Positions 8,856 through 19,601 are shown, counted from the first letter of the stretch. The stretch: DNA of 64,000 nucleotides from Candidatus Obscuribacteraceae bacterium (GCA_044229845.1 JBGASG010000012.1:63538-127537), one strand, 5' to 3'. Translations and numbers: made by a program. The notes: a model not told the origin generated them from the sequence alone.

Positions 8856-11381
8856 ATGTCATCCGAACACGCGGGACAGAATCCAGGACATTCATCCGAA
8901 CCAGTCCAAAGGCTGGACGGTGAGATTTCTGCGCTGGGATTGAGACCGGCTCTGGAGCAGATCTTGGCGTCCGGGATTGAGGTCGGCATCCTGCACGTCG
9001 CCGCCCCCAACCGGTCCGGTGCCCTGTTCATACGCACCGGAGCAGTCAAAGCCGCAATCGCACCCGCTTCCAACTTGCAGGGCATGCCGGCCCTCAAGCA
9101 AGTGCTGGCCGCCGGCGAAGGTAAATTCCGATTTTCCACTGAGCTCCCGCGCGAGCCAATTCGCGAAACGCTCAATATCGACATCGGCTCCCTGCTCGCA
9201 TGGCGCAATGCCAACGTCGCCGACCAGATTCCATCTCTGGCTGAAGCACTGAGCGTCCTGTCCGCCAATGCTTACAGCACCTGGCCGACCGGACAGGAAC
9301 AGCGACCGACCGTCGCCGGCCCTCCGCCTGAACAGCAAGCCGCTGCTCCGTCCGCCCCGCCTCAGCAAGCCCCGTCCAGCGCCGACTTATTTGGGCTGCA
9401 AGAAGCGCTGGCCGCCTACGAAGAACAGAAAAAACAAGAGCGGCAGCAGACAGGCGAAGACCAGAGCGACAGCGCCAGACAGTACACCCTGGAGCAGATG
9501 CAGTTTCAACAGGGTGCGATTCCCACTCCCGCGCCAGCCAGCAAGAGCGGTGAAATCACGCAGCGCTACGACATCAGCGATTTGAAGGCGATCGCCACAC
9601 CTGAGACGGCCGCCCCAGGCAGTGCCGCGCTGGGCGCCGCCGCCGGCAACATGCGCGCCACAGGCGAGATGAACACCACGGGCGAACGTCCACGCGACCG
9701 CATCCAGGGTGACCCACGCCGCATCAGCATGCCCTATCAACGGGTGGGAGGACACGACCGCCCCAGCGGGGCGCACCGCATGCCGGGTGCGCCCGGAGCG
9801 CCCGGTGCGCCGGATCCCACCGCCATGCGCAGCACTGCTGAACTGACACTGCCCACCGGCGAGACTCTGAAAGCCTCTAAAGTGCGCCAGTTGCGGCACA
9901 CACTGATCAGTGTCGGCATCGCCGGCGTGCTGCTTTTGACGGCGGTGATTGCCACCAACAAGATGCTGTCGGAAACCAATTCGGCGCAGAACTATGCCCG
10001 CGGGACGAAACTGCTCAAGGACGGATACAAAGACCTGGCGAAAAAGAGTTTCGACAAAGTGTTGGCGTCCGATCCGAAACACATCAAGGCGCTTCTGGCG
10101 CGCGGTACAGCCAATATTCAACTCAACGACCTCCCGGCAGCCCAACGCGACTTCGATGCGGTACTGGAGATCGACAAGAAAAACCTTGATGCGCTCAACG
10201 GCAAGGCTCTGTGCTATCTCAAAATGCGTGACTTCAACCGGGCTGTGTCCGCCACTGAAGATCTGCTGATGATCGCGCCCAGAAACATTGAGGCACTGTC
10301 CACCTCAGCTCAAGCTCTGCTGGAACTGCGCAGATTTAAGCTGGCACAAGATGCTGCGGACAGAATCATCGCCGCCAAGCCTGACACCGGCATGGCAGCT
10401 GCTTATTCATTGCGCGGAGACTCATTTTTCGGTCGCCAGAAATTTGTCGATGCCCGCAAAGACTACAGCGAGGCGCTTACGCTCGAACCGGGCAATCGGG
10501 CTAATTATGCCAAGCGTGCCCGCACCGCCTTGCAGGTGGACGACTTTCAGGGCGCGGTCGCAGACACTACCCAAGCCATCTTCGGGGATCAGAGCAACCC
10601 CGACCTGTACATGCTGCGCGGTCAAGCCTACGAAAAGCTGAACCAACCAGACAAAGCAGTCCAGGACTATGACAAGGCAGTCGGACTGAAACCAGGCCGC
10701 GACACCTACGCAGCGCGCGCGCATGCGCACCTGTCCATGAAAAACTATAACCGCGCCGCCGCTGACCTGGCTGAAGTGCTTAAAGACCCCAAGGCGCCAA
10801 AGATCTATCACGATGAATTGGCGATGGTGCAACAGAAAATCAAGACGATGCCGGTGGCGAAAATCGATATGGATGCTTTAATTGGCAAGCCCGAAAAAGC
10901 TGTCGTCATGAAGTACGAACAAATGGTGCCGCACGGTCAGGCCTTGCTGGAATCTGGACGAGCCGCCGATGCCGTCAAAATACTGACAATGGCTGTCCGC
11001 GCCAAACCTCAAGACGTCTGGGCCAGGCGCTACCTGGCTCGCGCCATGGCGATGGCCGGCATGCCTCAACAAGCTATCGATCAGTTCAAGCAAGTGCAGT
11101 TCACTGACCGATTGGGTCCAAAAGATCGCACCGCCTATGCACACGCGCTCGTCGACCTGAAACAGCCCAACGAGGCTATTTCGCTGCTCAACGGTGTGGT
11201 CTCTGAAGACCCGGATTACGCCGACGCGCGCATATTACTCATCGAGTGCCTGCTAAAGAGGAATGACCGCGCCAACGCGGTAGAACTTTGCCGCGTTGGC
11301 TTGAGCCGCGCCAGAACCGCCAAGGACCAAGAAAACTTCCAGAAGCTCTATCAAGTTGCGGTTGGTTGGCAGGGCAAATAG
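8856..11381 (+). CDS. DUF4388/PATAN-like - linker - TM - TPR protein, paralog A
   Basis: N-domain LDGEISALGLR..GILHV..GALFIRTGAVKAA..EGKFRF; DLFGLQEAL motif; TM ISVGIAGVLLLTAVIA; many TPRs. Start set to ATG 8856 by alignment with paralogs (ORF track starts 8733). Confidence 0.85.
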   Translation: MSSEHAGQNPGHSSEPVQRLDGEISALGLRPALEQILASGIEVGILHVAAPNRSGALFIRTGAVKAAIAPASNLQGMPALKQVLAAGEGKFRFSTELPREPIRETLNIDIGSLLAWRNANVADQIPSLAEALSVLSANAYSTWPTGQEQRPTVAGPPPEQQAAAPSAPPQQAPSSADLFGLQEALAAYEEQKKQERQQTGEDQSDSARQYTLEQMQFQQGAIPTPAPASKSGEITQRYDISDLKAIATPETAAPGSAALGAAAGNMRATGEMNTTGERPRDRIQGDPRRISMPYQRVGGHDRPSGAHRMPGAPGAPGAPDPTAMRSTAELTLPTGETLKASKVRQLRHTLISVGIAGVLLLTAVIATNKMLSETNSAQNYARGTKLLKDGYKDLAKKSFDKVLASDPKHIKALLARGTANIQLNDLPAAQRDFDAVLEIDKKNLDALNGKALCYLKMRDFNRAVSATEDLLMIAPRNIEALSTSAQALLELRRFKLAQDAADRIIAAKPDTGMAAAYSLRGDSFFGRQKFVDARKDYSEALTLEPGNRANYAKRARTALQVDDFQGAVADTTQAIFGDQSNPDLYMLRGQAYEKLNQPDKAVQDYDKAVGLKPGRDTYAARAHAHLSMKNYNRAAADLAEVLKDPKAPKIYHDELAMVQQKIKTMPVAKIDMDALIGKPEKAVVMKYEQMVPHGQALLESGRAADAVKILTMAVRAKPQDVWARRYLARAMAMAGMPQQAIDQFKQVQFTDRLGPKDRTAYAHALVDLKQPNEAISLLNGVVSEDPDYADARILLIECLLKRNDRANAVELCRVGLSRARTAKDQENFQKLYQVAVGWQGK

Positions 11382-11519
11382 CCGAATCCGGACGGAACGA
11401 GGATCGCAGTGCACGTGCCTCGCTTCAAGTTGACCCCTCGTATTCCCTAGGCTACAGTGGTATTAGTCTGGAATCCGATCCCGCCTTATGCATCCTGAGT
11501 TACCTGAGAGGTTCACACC

Positions 11520-13598
11520 GTGAAGGCTCAAAAACACGTACGGGCACCCCGTGGTAATACCCTCGCGATGGTCGCCGGCGTGACGATTGTTTTGCTCATG
11601 GTCGTCGGACTGATTGTTCTCTATCTCTCGATGGTCCGTTCAGGCAGCGAACACAGGAGCGCCATCGACTCAGCCGCGCTGGCGGCAGCCAAAGACATCT
11701 CCCGCATCGCGATTAACACGCCTGAGTTTGGTTGGGTTGCATTGACCACCGAACCACCAATCGGACGCGACACGAATGCGCCGGACCAGTGGTTTCAGGA
11801 AGTTCATAGCCTCAACGAGCTAATGGCTACCGTCCGCCTCGAGATGATCATTGCTAACGAGCTGGGCGACAACTTCATGCGCGATCTGGCTATCAGCGAT
11901 TACAACGACGTAATGCAAGTCAAAGACGATTTGACGACGGAAATCAACCAGGCGCTGCCCAGTGGCGGTTCTGCGAAGGATGCCGCCGGCAACACGTTGA
12001 CTCCCTATCAAAGCGCCCAGCGCGTCTATCTGATGAACCAGGCGAAACAGTCCACTTATGTACCAGGCTCAATGACACTCACACTCGGATGCGTGCAGGG
12101 CGGACTGGAGACTGGCACGCCCGCACCCAATCCGATTGCCAAAGCAGCCGCAGGACCCTCTCAAACATCCAACCAGCGCTACATGTCCGAGACCAACATT
12201 CCTTTCGGCGGCAAAGACTTCATCTTCGGCTCGGTTGGTCGCCATGTCGGACTGGTCGAAAAGGACAAATTTGTCACCGCCATTGGTGGCTTGTCGTACC
12301 AGATGCCGGCCGTCGTAAAAGTGAGCGCGCGGCAACAATTTCAAGACCAGGGAAAAACCTGGCAGGTCAATTACGATGGCTGTGCCTGCGCGGGCAGCAC
12401 CGAGCCGCCAAGACCTGCGCCCGGAGCATTGACGTTAAGCTTTCCTGATGGACCGGTCCCGGAGATCAGCAGAGCCGGCGATGTTTGGAATTGCGCGGGC
12501 GTGCAAGGCACAACAGCGAAGGTCTATCAATCTGATAACGGGGACTTCATCATTGACCGACCAGCCGCTACGCTGGCCGCATGGGGTGGAAAGCCGATTC
12601 CTTTCACAAGTCCCGCCAACCCCAGCGCGTCGGAGACCGCTCGGCTCGCCCTGTATGACTGGTTGCGCTGCGGAGGCAGCAAAGTAGACATCGACTCGGT
12701 TGTGCAACTGCAGACCCGAGCGTTGAATGCACCCTCAACGCCCCAGATTATGTGGAAGTCGGTAGACCCGGCAAACGCGATGTCCTTGATCAATTTTGGA
12801 ATGGTGCCGACCGGCGTAATGCACATCTACACTTTTGATGCCAATGGCGTCATTCAATACCGCAGCGTCGACATCAAGCCCTACCCGTACACCGTGATCG
12901 GCGAAAAGCAACTATATGCGGAAACGGTTGAATCGAATCCGATCGGCAGCGCGGTGCCGCTCTGGACCCTTACCGGCATCAAGTACAAAGACATTCTGGG
13001 AAACATTCTCACAGATGGACAGATTCAAGGCACCGGCAATTACGACATGTTCGTCCGCGACTTCTCTCGCCAGCTAGGCAACATCAAAGGCGGCCAACAC
13101 GGCGGCGAACGCATGGATGGCAACCCACTCGTGTCATACGCCGGCGCATACCCGATCGAGCCGCTTCGCGGCGGTAGAACGTCTCTTACCAACGACATCG
13201 CCATGGCGCCGGTACCGGATGCAGAATTTTGCACATGGTCGGGCGAGAGCAGCTCTGGTCCTTCCACCTCGTCCAGCACATCCAGCTCGTCGGTGAGCAC
13301 CAGCATGACCAGCACCTCCGGCAGCAGTTCCACCACCAATAGTGGCACCACAAATACCGGTGGCGCCGGGCAGGGCGCACCAATTCCGGTGAGCCGCCAG
13401 GATGACTTCGCCTCCACCAGCACTCCGCCTCCGCCGTATATCACCTATACGCGTGGTCCCGGGGGTGGTGCCCCACGTCCCTGTTATCGAACCAACGGAG
13501 TGTCAGCCGACATTCGCTTCCGCCGCCAGGTTAAAGTGGGCCTTTTGCAATTCATGATCGGCGGTTACGAGTTCGGCTATGTGGCTGACATGCGCTGA
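11520..13598 (+). CDS. Large prepilin-like/TadG-like protein, paralog 1 (Ser/Thr-rich insert)
   Basis: RG|NTLAM + hydrophobic helix, then EHRSAIDSAALAAA (Tad/TadG-like N-domain). Shares CACAG, SFPDG, YDWLRCGGS, GERMDGNP, RQDDFAS and DIRFRRQ with four other ORFs here. Confidence 0.75.
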   Translation: MKAQKHVRAPRGNTLAMVAGVTIVLLMVVGLIVLYLSMVRSGSEHRSAIDSAALAAAKDISRIAINTPEFGWVALTTEPPIGRDTNAPDQWFQEVHSLNELMATVRLEMIIANELGDNFMRDLAISDYNDVMQVKDDLTTEINQALPSGGSAKDAAGNTLTPYQSAQRVYLMNQAKQSTYVPGSMTLTLGCVQGGLETGTPAPNPIAKAAAGPSQTSNQRYMSETNIPFGGKDFIFGSVGRHVGLVEKDKFVTAIGGLSYQMPAVVKVSARQQFQDQGKTWQVNYDGCACAGSTEPPRPAPGALTLSFPDGPVPEISRAGDVWNCAGVQGTTAKVYQSDNGDFIIDRPAATLAAWGGKPIPFTSPANPSASETARLALYDWLRCGGSKVDIDSVVQLQTRALNAPSTPQIMWKSVDPANAMSLINFGMVPTGVMHIYTFDANGVIQYRSVDIKPYPYTVIGEKQLYAETVESNPIGSAVPLWTLTGIKYKDILGNILTDGQIQGTGNYDMFVRDFSRQLGNIKGGQHGGERMDGNPLVSYAGAYPIEPLRGGRTSLTNDIAMAPVPDAEFCTWSGESSSGPSTSSSTSSSSVSTSMTSTSGSSSTTNSGTTNTGGAGQGAPIPVSRQDDFASTSTPPPPYITYTRGPGGGAPRPCYRTNGVSADIRFRRQVKVGLLQFMIGGYEFGYVADMR

Positions 13599-14767
13599 TG
13601 GTCAGTAGCGGTATCACTTCCGGAGCCGGAGCAGCTTTGCCAGAGAAATCAGACGGGGGCTCTCTCAGCGCGGCCGGCAACGCCTCCAACGTTCCGTATC
13701 GCTGGATTATCAATCCGACTTTCGACCTCCTTTTCGTTGCCGGCGGCGCCTTTTTCCTGCTCGTAGCAATCAACTACTTGTGCCTGGGCATGAAAGTGGC
13801 TGCTTACGATCCCCGTTATCCGCTGGGAGCCACATCACTGCTATTCGTGATCGCGTTTCTTGCCGTGCATGCGCTCGGCGATTCGCACATCTTCGCCACA
13901 TTCATGCGCATCTGGAGCTGCCCGGAGGACAAGAAACGCTTCGCCTTCTATCGCGTGTGGCTCACGGCTGTCTTGATACCACTATTCATAATTGGCATGA
14001 ACTCGGCCGTATTCACCGGTGCACTGCTTTCCATATTTTTGCTGACAGCTTTCTGGCACTGGACTACGCAGGCTTTCGGCATTTCTCTCATCTACTGCCA
14101 GAAACACGGCTACTCGATGACTGCGTTCGAACGCGACGCGTTTCGCTGGTTCATGCGCGGGCTGGCTGGTTATTTCATCATTCGCATGCTGGTCTTTCCC
14201 GATCGCTACGTGCCATCCAATTTCGCTGCCGTACCTGTAACCAAATTTCCGGCACTCCCCGAGTCTGTGCACGCAATAGCCAGCTGGGCGCTGATTCTCG
14301 TCGTCTCCGCATTTGTCGCAATCACGCTCCGCAAACTGGTCACCGAAAGAAAGTTTCCCCCCTTACCTGTGCTATCCATGATCGCGGTTATCTGCTGTTT
14401 CGGGTTTGCCGAAGATCGAGAGAGCATGCTGATCTGGTTTTACGGACCGGCGTTTTTTCATGGCAGTCAATACCTGGCAGTAACACTCTCCTACCACTTG
14501 AAACAACAAGGACTGCCTGAAGGCATGCCTACTTCGCAGATTTCCAGGCTGATGTTTGGCCTGCCGGGATTGAAATACATGGCGATCGCCATCGCCGGCG
14601 GTATCGTCCTCTACGTCGGCATTCCGGCCATCAGCGCACTCTTCGGCTACGACCGTATCATGGTTTTGGGACTGGTGTTTTCCCTTCTCAGTCTGCACCA
14701 CATCATCACCGATGCCGCCATCTGGCGGTTGCGCGACCCTCAATGCCGGCGCCTTTTGATCTCCTGA
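13598..14767 (+). CDS. Polytopic membrane protein with His-containing motifs
   Basis: About 9-10 hydrophobic helices; motifs SHIFAT, FWHWTTQAFG, FHGSQYL, LHHIITDAAIWRLRD. ATG overlaps the TGA of paralog 1. Confidence 0.8.
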   Translation: MVSSGITSGAGAALPEKSDGGSLSAAGNASNVPYRWIINPTFDLLFVAGGAFFLLVAINYLCLGMKVAAYDPRYPLGATSLLFVIAFLAVHALGDSHIFATFMRIWSCPEDKKRFAFYRVWLTAVLIPLFIIGMNSAVFTGALLSIFLLTAFWHWTTQAFGISLIYCQKHGYSMTAFERDAFRWFMRGLAGYFIIRMLVFPDRYVPSNFAAVPVTKFPALPESVHAIASWALILVVSAFVAITLRKLVTERKFPPLPVLSMIAVICCFGFAEDRESMLIWFYGPAFFHGSQYLAVTLSYHLKQQGLPEGMPTSQISRLMFGLPGLKYMAIAIAGGIVLYVGIPAISALFGYDRIMVLGLVFSLLSLHHIITDAAIWRLRDPQCRRLLIS

Positions 14768-14880
14768 ACTCGGCTTGAAACATATGGCGCCACGGCTTGT
14801 CAGGATACGACGGACTACACGAAGTGTTGTTTAATTGAGCCGTGTAGCCGATCACCCTTCAACCAGAAGGGCAGCCAGAT

Positions 14881-17187
14881 ATGTCACCCGATCAAGCTGA
14901 TCATTTACCCGCACCAACACCGACGCAACGCTTGACCGGCGACATAACCTCTTTCGGGCTACGCCCGATTCTGCAAGAGATACTGGCCTCGAACCAGCTT
15001 TCTGGCGTGCTTTTCATCCACAGCCTGGATTACCAGACCGGCACCATTCTGTTAGTGGACGGCATAATCAGAGCTGCAGTGATTCCGGCAGCCAACGTGC
15101 GGCGCATTCCGGCGTTGCGCCAGATGCTCTCAGCAATCAGCGGCACCTATGAGTATGTACCGGACAGCACCAGAGTCGAGTTGAAGAAACCAACCAACGT
15201 CGACCTCGCTGAGCTGCTTGCCTGGCGTTCGACTGAAACCCAGGAAACCACCCTCGGCGATTCGCTGGAAGCACTAAATACGATACCATTGAGCACGGGG
15301 GAGAAGTGGGAAAATTATATCGATAGAACCACCGACGAGCCGGGCTCCGCCAACCCGCCTGCCAGAGGCGCGGATGCACCGACCGTGAAGTCATACCTTC
15401 CCCTGGCGCCGGACGGCGACCTCTTCGGACTGCAAGAAGCGTTGCGTCAGCACGAAGCAAAACTGGCGGCGCAGGTCTCCGACGAGGCCCTGAGCGCCGG
15501 GTTGGAACCCGAGTACAACGAAGATCCAGACGTGCCCACGCTGATCAACCTGTCCGCAATCAAAGCCATCCCGACGCCCAGCGTCACGGCTCCCGACCGC
15601 ATCACTGCCAGTTATGAAATGCCGGACGGCACGGTAGTCGGCGGTTCCCCGACCGGCTCCACCGCCAGGCCCAAGCACACCTACCCGAAGTCGAATGCCA
15701 TTAGATACGGTGCCTTGAGTATCGGCATCGGCTTCCTTCTCCTGGCGGCAGTGGTGATCTCGACCGCCAAAGTTCTCGAAGAAAGCGACAGGCAGAAGAC
15801 CTACGCCCGAGGCGTCCAGCTGCTTAGAGAGAGATACTACGGGCTGGCCAAACAGCGCTTCGACAGCCTCCTCGAACACGATGCTCGCTTTGTACCGGCA
15901 CTCTTGCAGCGTGCACAAGCTAACTTACTGCTCAACGATCCTCAGGCGGCCATTCGCGATTACGACGCCGTCATACAAGCGGATGCCGGCAACGCCGAAG
16001 CTACCGACGGTCGAGCCGCCTGCTATCTAAAACTGCGCGACTATCCGAAAGCCGTAGCGCTGGCCGATGAAGCTCTGAAGGTAAAGCCCAACGACTACGC
16101 AGCGCTATTGATAAAAGCCACGGCCTATCGCGACCTCGGGGAGAACGCCCGCGCCATCTCAGTGGCCGGCGAGATCATCGCCAAGAAACCTGCTGCGCAG
16201 CTTGCTGAGGCCTACGCGGTACGGGGAGACGCCCTGTACAGGAGCGGCAAGTACAGCGAGGCGCGCGATGACTTCAACGCCGCCCTGGAAACAGATCCCA
16301 AGGCAAACGACATCTACGCAAAGCGCGCCATGGCCCTGTTGCAACTGAAGCTCTACAAAGAAAGTCTCGCCGACAGCACAGACGCCATTTTCGCCGACAA
16401 CACCAATTCGGATCTGTACATGTTGCGCGGCCAGGCTTATGAAAGGCTTGGCGAGCTGGAAAAGGCTGTGGAAGACTACGAGCAAGCAGTGTCGTTCGAG
16501 CCGACGTTCGAAACCTATGCTGCACGCGCCCGTGTCGAGATGGCACTTAAACAATACAACCGCGCGGTTGCAGATTTGTCCGAGGTGGTCAAAGACACAG
16601 CCGCGCCGCCTAGTTATAAGGCTTTGCTTGCCGAAGCCAAAGAGAAGGTCAAGTCGATGCCGGTAAACGCTGTGGACATCGCGGCGCTCACCGAGAAGGA
16701 TCGACCGGCCATCGTACTCAAGTATGACCAGATGGTCCGACAGGGTTTCGCGCTCACCAGACAGGGTCGAGGCATGGATGCTGCGCAGTTGCTGTCTGTA
16801 GCCGTGCAGGCTCAACCAAATGATGTGCAAGCGCGACGCTACCTGGCCCAGGCATTTGCGGTCGCGGGTCTGGGGGATCGCTCTATCGAGCAATTCAAAA
16901 TCGTAGAAAGAACCAACACCCTCACGGACGAGGATCGGTTCTACTATGCGCGTGCACTGCACAACTTGAAGCAAGATGCGCAGGTGATATCCGTCACCAC
17001 CGATCTGCTGGGCAGAGACCCTCACCACGGCGAGGCGCGCTGTTTGCTGATCGAGTCGCTCTTGCGCAGCAACGACCGCGCCCGCGCTATAGAAGAATGC
17101 CGACTGGGCGCCTCCTACGCACGGACACCCCAGGACATTGCCACCTTCCAGCGCCTGTACCAGGTTTCGCAGACTTATCACCGGTGA
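14881..17187 (+). CDS. DUF4388/PATAN-like - TM - TPR protein, paralog B
   Basis: LTGDITSFGLR.., DLFGLQEAL, TM LSIGIGFLLLAAVVI; TPR array colinear with paralog A (AIFADNTNSDLYMLRGQAYE). Confidence 0.85.
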   Translation: MSPDQADHLPAPTPTQRLTGDITSFGLRPILQEILASNQLSGVLFIHSLDYQTGTILLVDGIIRAAVIPAANVRRIPALRQMLSAISGTYEYVPDSTRVELKKPTNVDLAELLAWRSTETQETTLGDSLEALNTIPLSTGEKWENYIDRTTDEPGSANPPARGADAPTVKSYLPLAPDGDLFGLQEALRQHEAKLAAQVSDEALSAGLEPEYNEDPDVPTLINLSAIKAIPTPSVTAPDRITASYEMPDGTVVGGSPTGSTARPKHTYPKSNAIRYGALSIGIGFLLLAAVVISTAKVLEESDRQKTYARGVQLLRERYYGLAKQRFDSLLEHDARFVPALLQRAQANLLLNDPQAAIRDYDAVIQADAGNAEATDGRAACYLKLRDYPKAVALADEALKVKPNDYAALLIKATAYRDLGENARAISVAGEIIAKKPAAQLAEAYAVRGDALYRSGKYSEARDDFNAALETDPKANDIYAKRAMALLQLKLYKESLADSTDAIFADNTNSDLYMLRGQAYERLGELEKAVEDYEQAVSFEPTFETYAARARVEMALKQYNRAVADLSEVVKDTAAPPSYKALLAEAKEKVKSMPVNAVDIAALTEKDRPAIVLKYDQMVRQGFALTRQGRGMDAAQLLSVAVQAQPNDVQARRYLAQAFAVAGLGDRSIEQFKIVERTNTLTDEDRFYYARALHNLKQDAQVISVTTDLLGRDPHHGEARCLLIESLLRSNDRARAIEECRLGASYARTPQDIATFQRLYQVSQTYHR

Positions 17188-17336
17188 AGTCTGCGCCCTT
17201 GCAAACATTGCCGATAACAATTCTTTTCGGCAATATTGTCGAAAAGAAAATCGCTAGCTTGTCGCCGAAAAGTCACAGCACAATTGATTCCAGTCCCTTT
17301 TAGATGTAAGGTACACGGGCTTTCTGGAGATAGGAC

Positions 17337-17882
17337 ATGACCCGAAATATGCTTAGCACCATGACGACTATGGTCCTCATAACTGTGGCGGCGTTTCAAG
17401 CAGCCGGCGCAGAAAACAACAATGATTCCGAGTTGGACGGTTATTTGAAACGTCGAGCACAAATGATGCATGTCTCACACGCTTCGGAAAGCGACTTGCC
17501 GATCAAAGAGAACAAACCTGGTGATAATCCACCGAAGATTTACCAGCTGCATAGTGCTGGGAATGTTGAGAATACAGTGACGCTGTATATCGCAGAAAAC
17601 GGTGAACCGTTACTCCGAAAACGATACGGTAGCTCCGGGATCTCCTTCGATTCCGTGTCGCACAAGGACGCTGTGAAGCTGTGGCGGGGTAAAGGCACCT
17701 CCCAACTACGGAGCCTTTCGTTGTGGGGCTCGAACGGTATTCATGACAATGAATTCAAAATCGAGCTTCGCTTTAGGAAAGGATACTGTACTGAATATCG
17801 AGTGCAAGGCCCAGGCATCACGGACACAGAATGGAAGGGTTCACTAATGCAAAGCAGACCGGAGCCACTGACAAAAAGTTGA
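17337..17882 (+). CDS. Hypothetical secreted protein
   Basis: 181 aa; ggagataggac RBS; signal peptide ending AAGA. Confidence 0.7.
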   Translation: MTRNMLSTMTTMVLITVAAFQAAGAENNNDSELDGYLKRRAQMMHVSHASESDLPIKENKPGDNPPKIYQLHSAGNVENTVTLYIAENGEPLLRKRYGSSGISFDSVSHKDAVKLWRGKGTSQLRSLSLWGSNGIHDNEFKIELRFRKGYCTEYRVQGPGITDTEWKGSLMQSRPEPLTKS

Positions 17883-17917
17883 AAAAGGCGATGAGAAGGG
17901 CTTCCCCTTCTCATCGC
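17882..17917 (-). terminator. Rho-independent terminator between convergent cargo genes
   Basis: 13-bp perfect stem gcgatgagaaggg-cttc-cccttctcatcgc with an A5 run on its left (U-tract for the minus strand). Confidence 0.8.
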
Positions 17918-17930
17918 AAGTAGTTCAGCG

Positions 17931-19601
17931 TTAGTTCGGCGGGAAGGTGCCCGAACTAAAAGCCCCTGCCATCCAGTTGTTTTCCTGTGTCAGCAGAGAC
18001 TGGACTCCTTGGACGAACGGCTCAGCCGGTCCAACGAGTTGCTTTGCAAAGGCGCGCGCAAATGCTTCGCCTGGGACGTCGAGTTCCAGTCCTTTCTTCT
18101 GTTTTGCGATTTCCCAGTTGCTGAGTCCGGGACTCCAAGTTGAGCAGAGCTTCTGTCCAGCCGGAAGCCACTGATCAATTGCGGTGTTGCACGAGGTATT
18201 CGGCAGATTGAACTGAGTTCGATCGGCGTTAACGGCAGTAACCGCGAATGACTGCTTTTGGCTGGGATTGCTCTTGATGGCGTCGAGCTGGTGACCCAAC
18301 TCGTGGTTGACTGAGTTCTGATAGAACGGTTCGCCTTGTTTGTAAATCCAGAGCCCAGTGGATTTTTGGAGAACGTCACGGAATACAGCGGTACGTTTGT
18401 CGGACGTTTTGCTGATCCCGTAAGCGGCCAGGTCGGACCCATCTGGAGCTTTGTCGTTGTAACCGAAGAAGTCGTTCCAGTCGCGGACATCGCGCATAAT
18501 GTGAATCTGGATGTTGTTATTCTGGAAATCAGTCCGCCAGCCAGAAGGAATGTGCGAGCCGGTGGTCCTGCGAATACTGTCCAGCATGACCATCTCGGCA
18601 GAGTTTGGTTCATACGGGTGTACGCAGTTCCAGTGCTTGTTCGGCCAAAGAGTTGAGTTGTTAGTGTGGTCTTGAATCACACACAGAACCCAGACACCGT
18701 TAGTGAACTTCGACTTGGCTGCATAACGATCGGTGGCTGCGGGCGGTGTGGCATTCCAGACGTAGTACTGGATGATGCCATACGTATTCGGCATATCATC
18801 GAGCGCGCCGTTCAATGCTGCCGCCGTTGCACCAACAGAAGCTATCCTGCCAATTTGATAACCGAAGACTTCTTCGGGAGTGGCGCCGTAGACCTCGTCG
18901 AGGATACCCCAAGCATTCAGGGTAGGATATCCGTTATAGATCGTCGGCCAAACTATCGCTTTGCCTTTCGGCGGATTTTCATCCACATATGCAGCGTCGT
19001 AGTTGTATGCCGCCCTGAAGTGGTCATAGACATCTGGCACATTTGGCACGATCACTTTGGTGTAATAGATACGTCCCAGAATCTGTGCCATGTGGACGCG
19101 GAGCCCCGGGCTCGGCGTCACTGTGATCGGTTGCTCCACTCCGTTGGCATCCTTTTGCCTCACATGCCGAAATACAGCAGCAATTGGCGCAGTGACTGAT
19201 CCGTCATCGGTTACGACGGGATCAGCGTAGGAGCCATGCGACTTTGCCGCCGGTGCAGGTGCACCAGTAAAGGCTGCAAAGTCTGTCGCATTCTCGAAGA
19301 GATAATGCTCATAAGCTCCGACCGCTCCAGCGCGTAAATGTGCAGGCAGAGCCGCCGCCCCGTTGGTGATGTTGCGAGCATCGGTTTTGGTGGTCGTCCC
19401 ACCATTCACGGTGTCATCGCAATTCCAATAGTACTGCGGCCAGTTTGTCTGCGCTTGGTATTTGTTGCAGGTGATCCCGCCTTTTGTCTCGGTATCCAGC
19501 AACGTTTGCGCATGCGCTGGTGCGGCTATCGCAAGCATCGCAAAGATGCCCATGAGTGCCATACTGGCGAATGCCAGTAGCCTATTTGCTTTCAGTCTCA
19601 T
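17931..19601 (-). CDS. Secreted two-domain putative zinc metallopeptidase (HExxH in the C-terminal copy)
   Basis: Signal peptide ending AHA; HELGHQLD followed by EAFARAF; N-half is a colinear copy lacking HExxH; aaaggaaa RBS. Confidence 0.7.
   Translation of the reverse strand: MRLKANRLLAFASMALMGIFAMLAIAAPAHAQTLLDTETKGGITCNKYQAQTNWPQYYWNCDDTVNGGTTTKTDARNITNGAAALPAHLRAGAVGAYEHYLFENATDFAAFTGAPAPAAKSHGSYADPVVTDDGSVTAPIAAVFRHVRQKDANGVEQPITVTPSPGLRVHMAQILGRIYYTKVIVPNVPDVYDHFRAAYNYDAAYVDENPPKGKAIVWPTIYNGYPTLNAWGILDEVYGATPEEVFGYQIGRIASVGATAAALNGALDDMPNTYGIIQYYVWNATPPAATDRYAAKSKFTNGVWVLCVIQDHTNNSTLWPNKHWNCVHPYEPNSAEMVMLDSIRRTTGSHIPSGWRTDFQNNNIQIHIMRDVRDWNDFFGYNDKAPDGSDLAAYGISKTSDKRTAVFRDVLQKSTGLWIYKQGEPFYQNSVNHELGHQLDAIKSNPSQKQSFAVTAVNADRTQFNLPNTSCNTAIDQWLPAGQKLCSTWSPGLSNWEIAKQKKGLELDVPGEAFARAFAKQLVGPAEPFVQGVQSLLTQENNWMAGAFSSGTFPPN

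Noticed and set aside
16159..17220. 353-aa minus-strand ORF (likewise 5379-6353 and 41561-42421)
   Set aside because: Antisense to better-supported genes.
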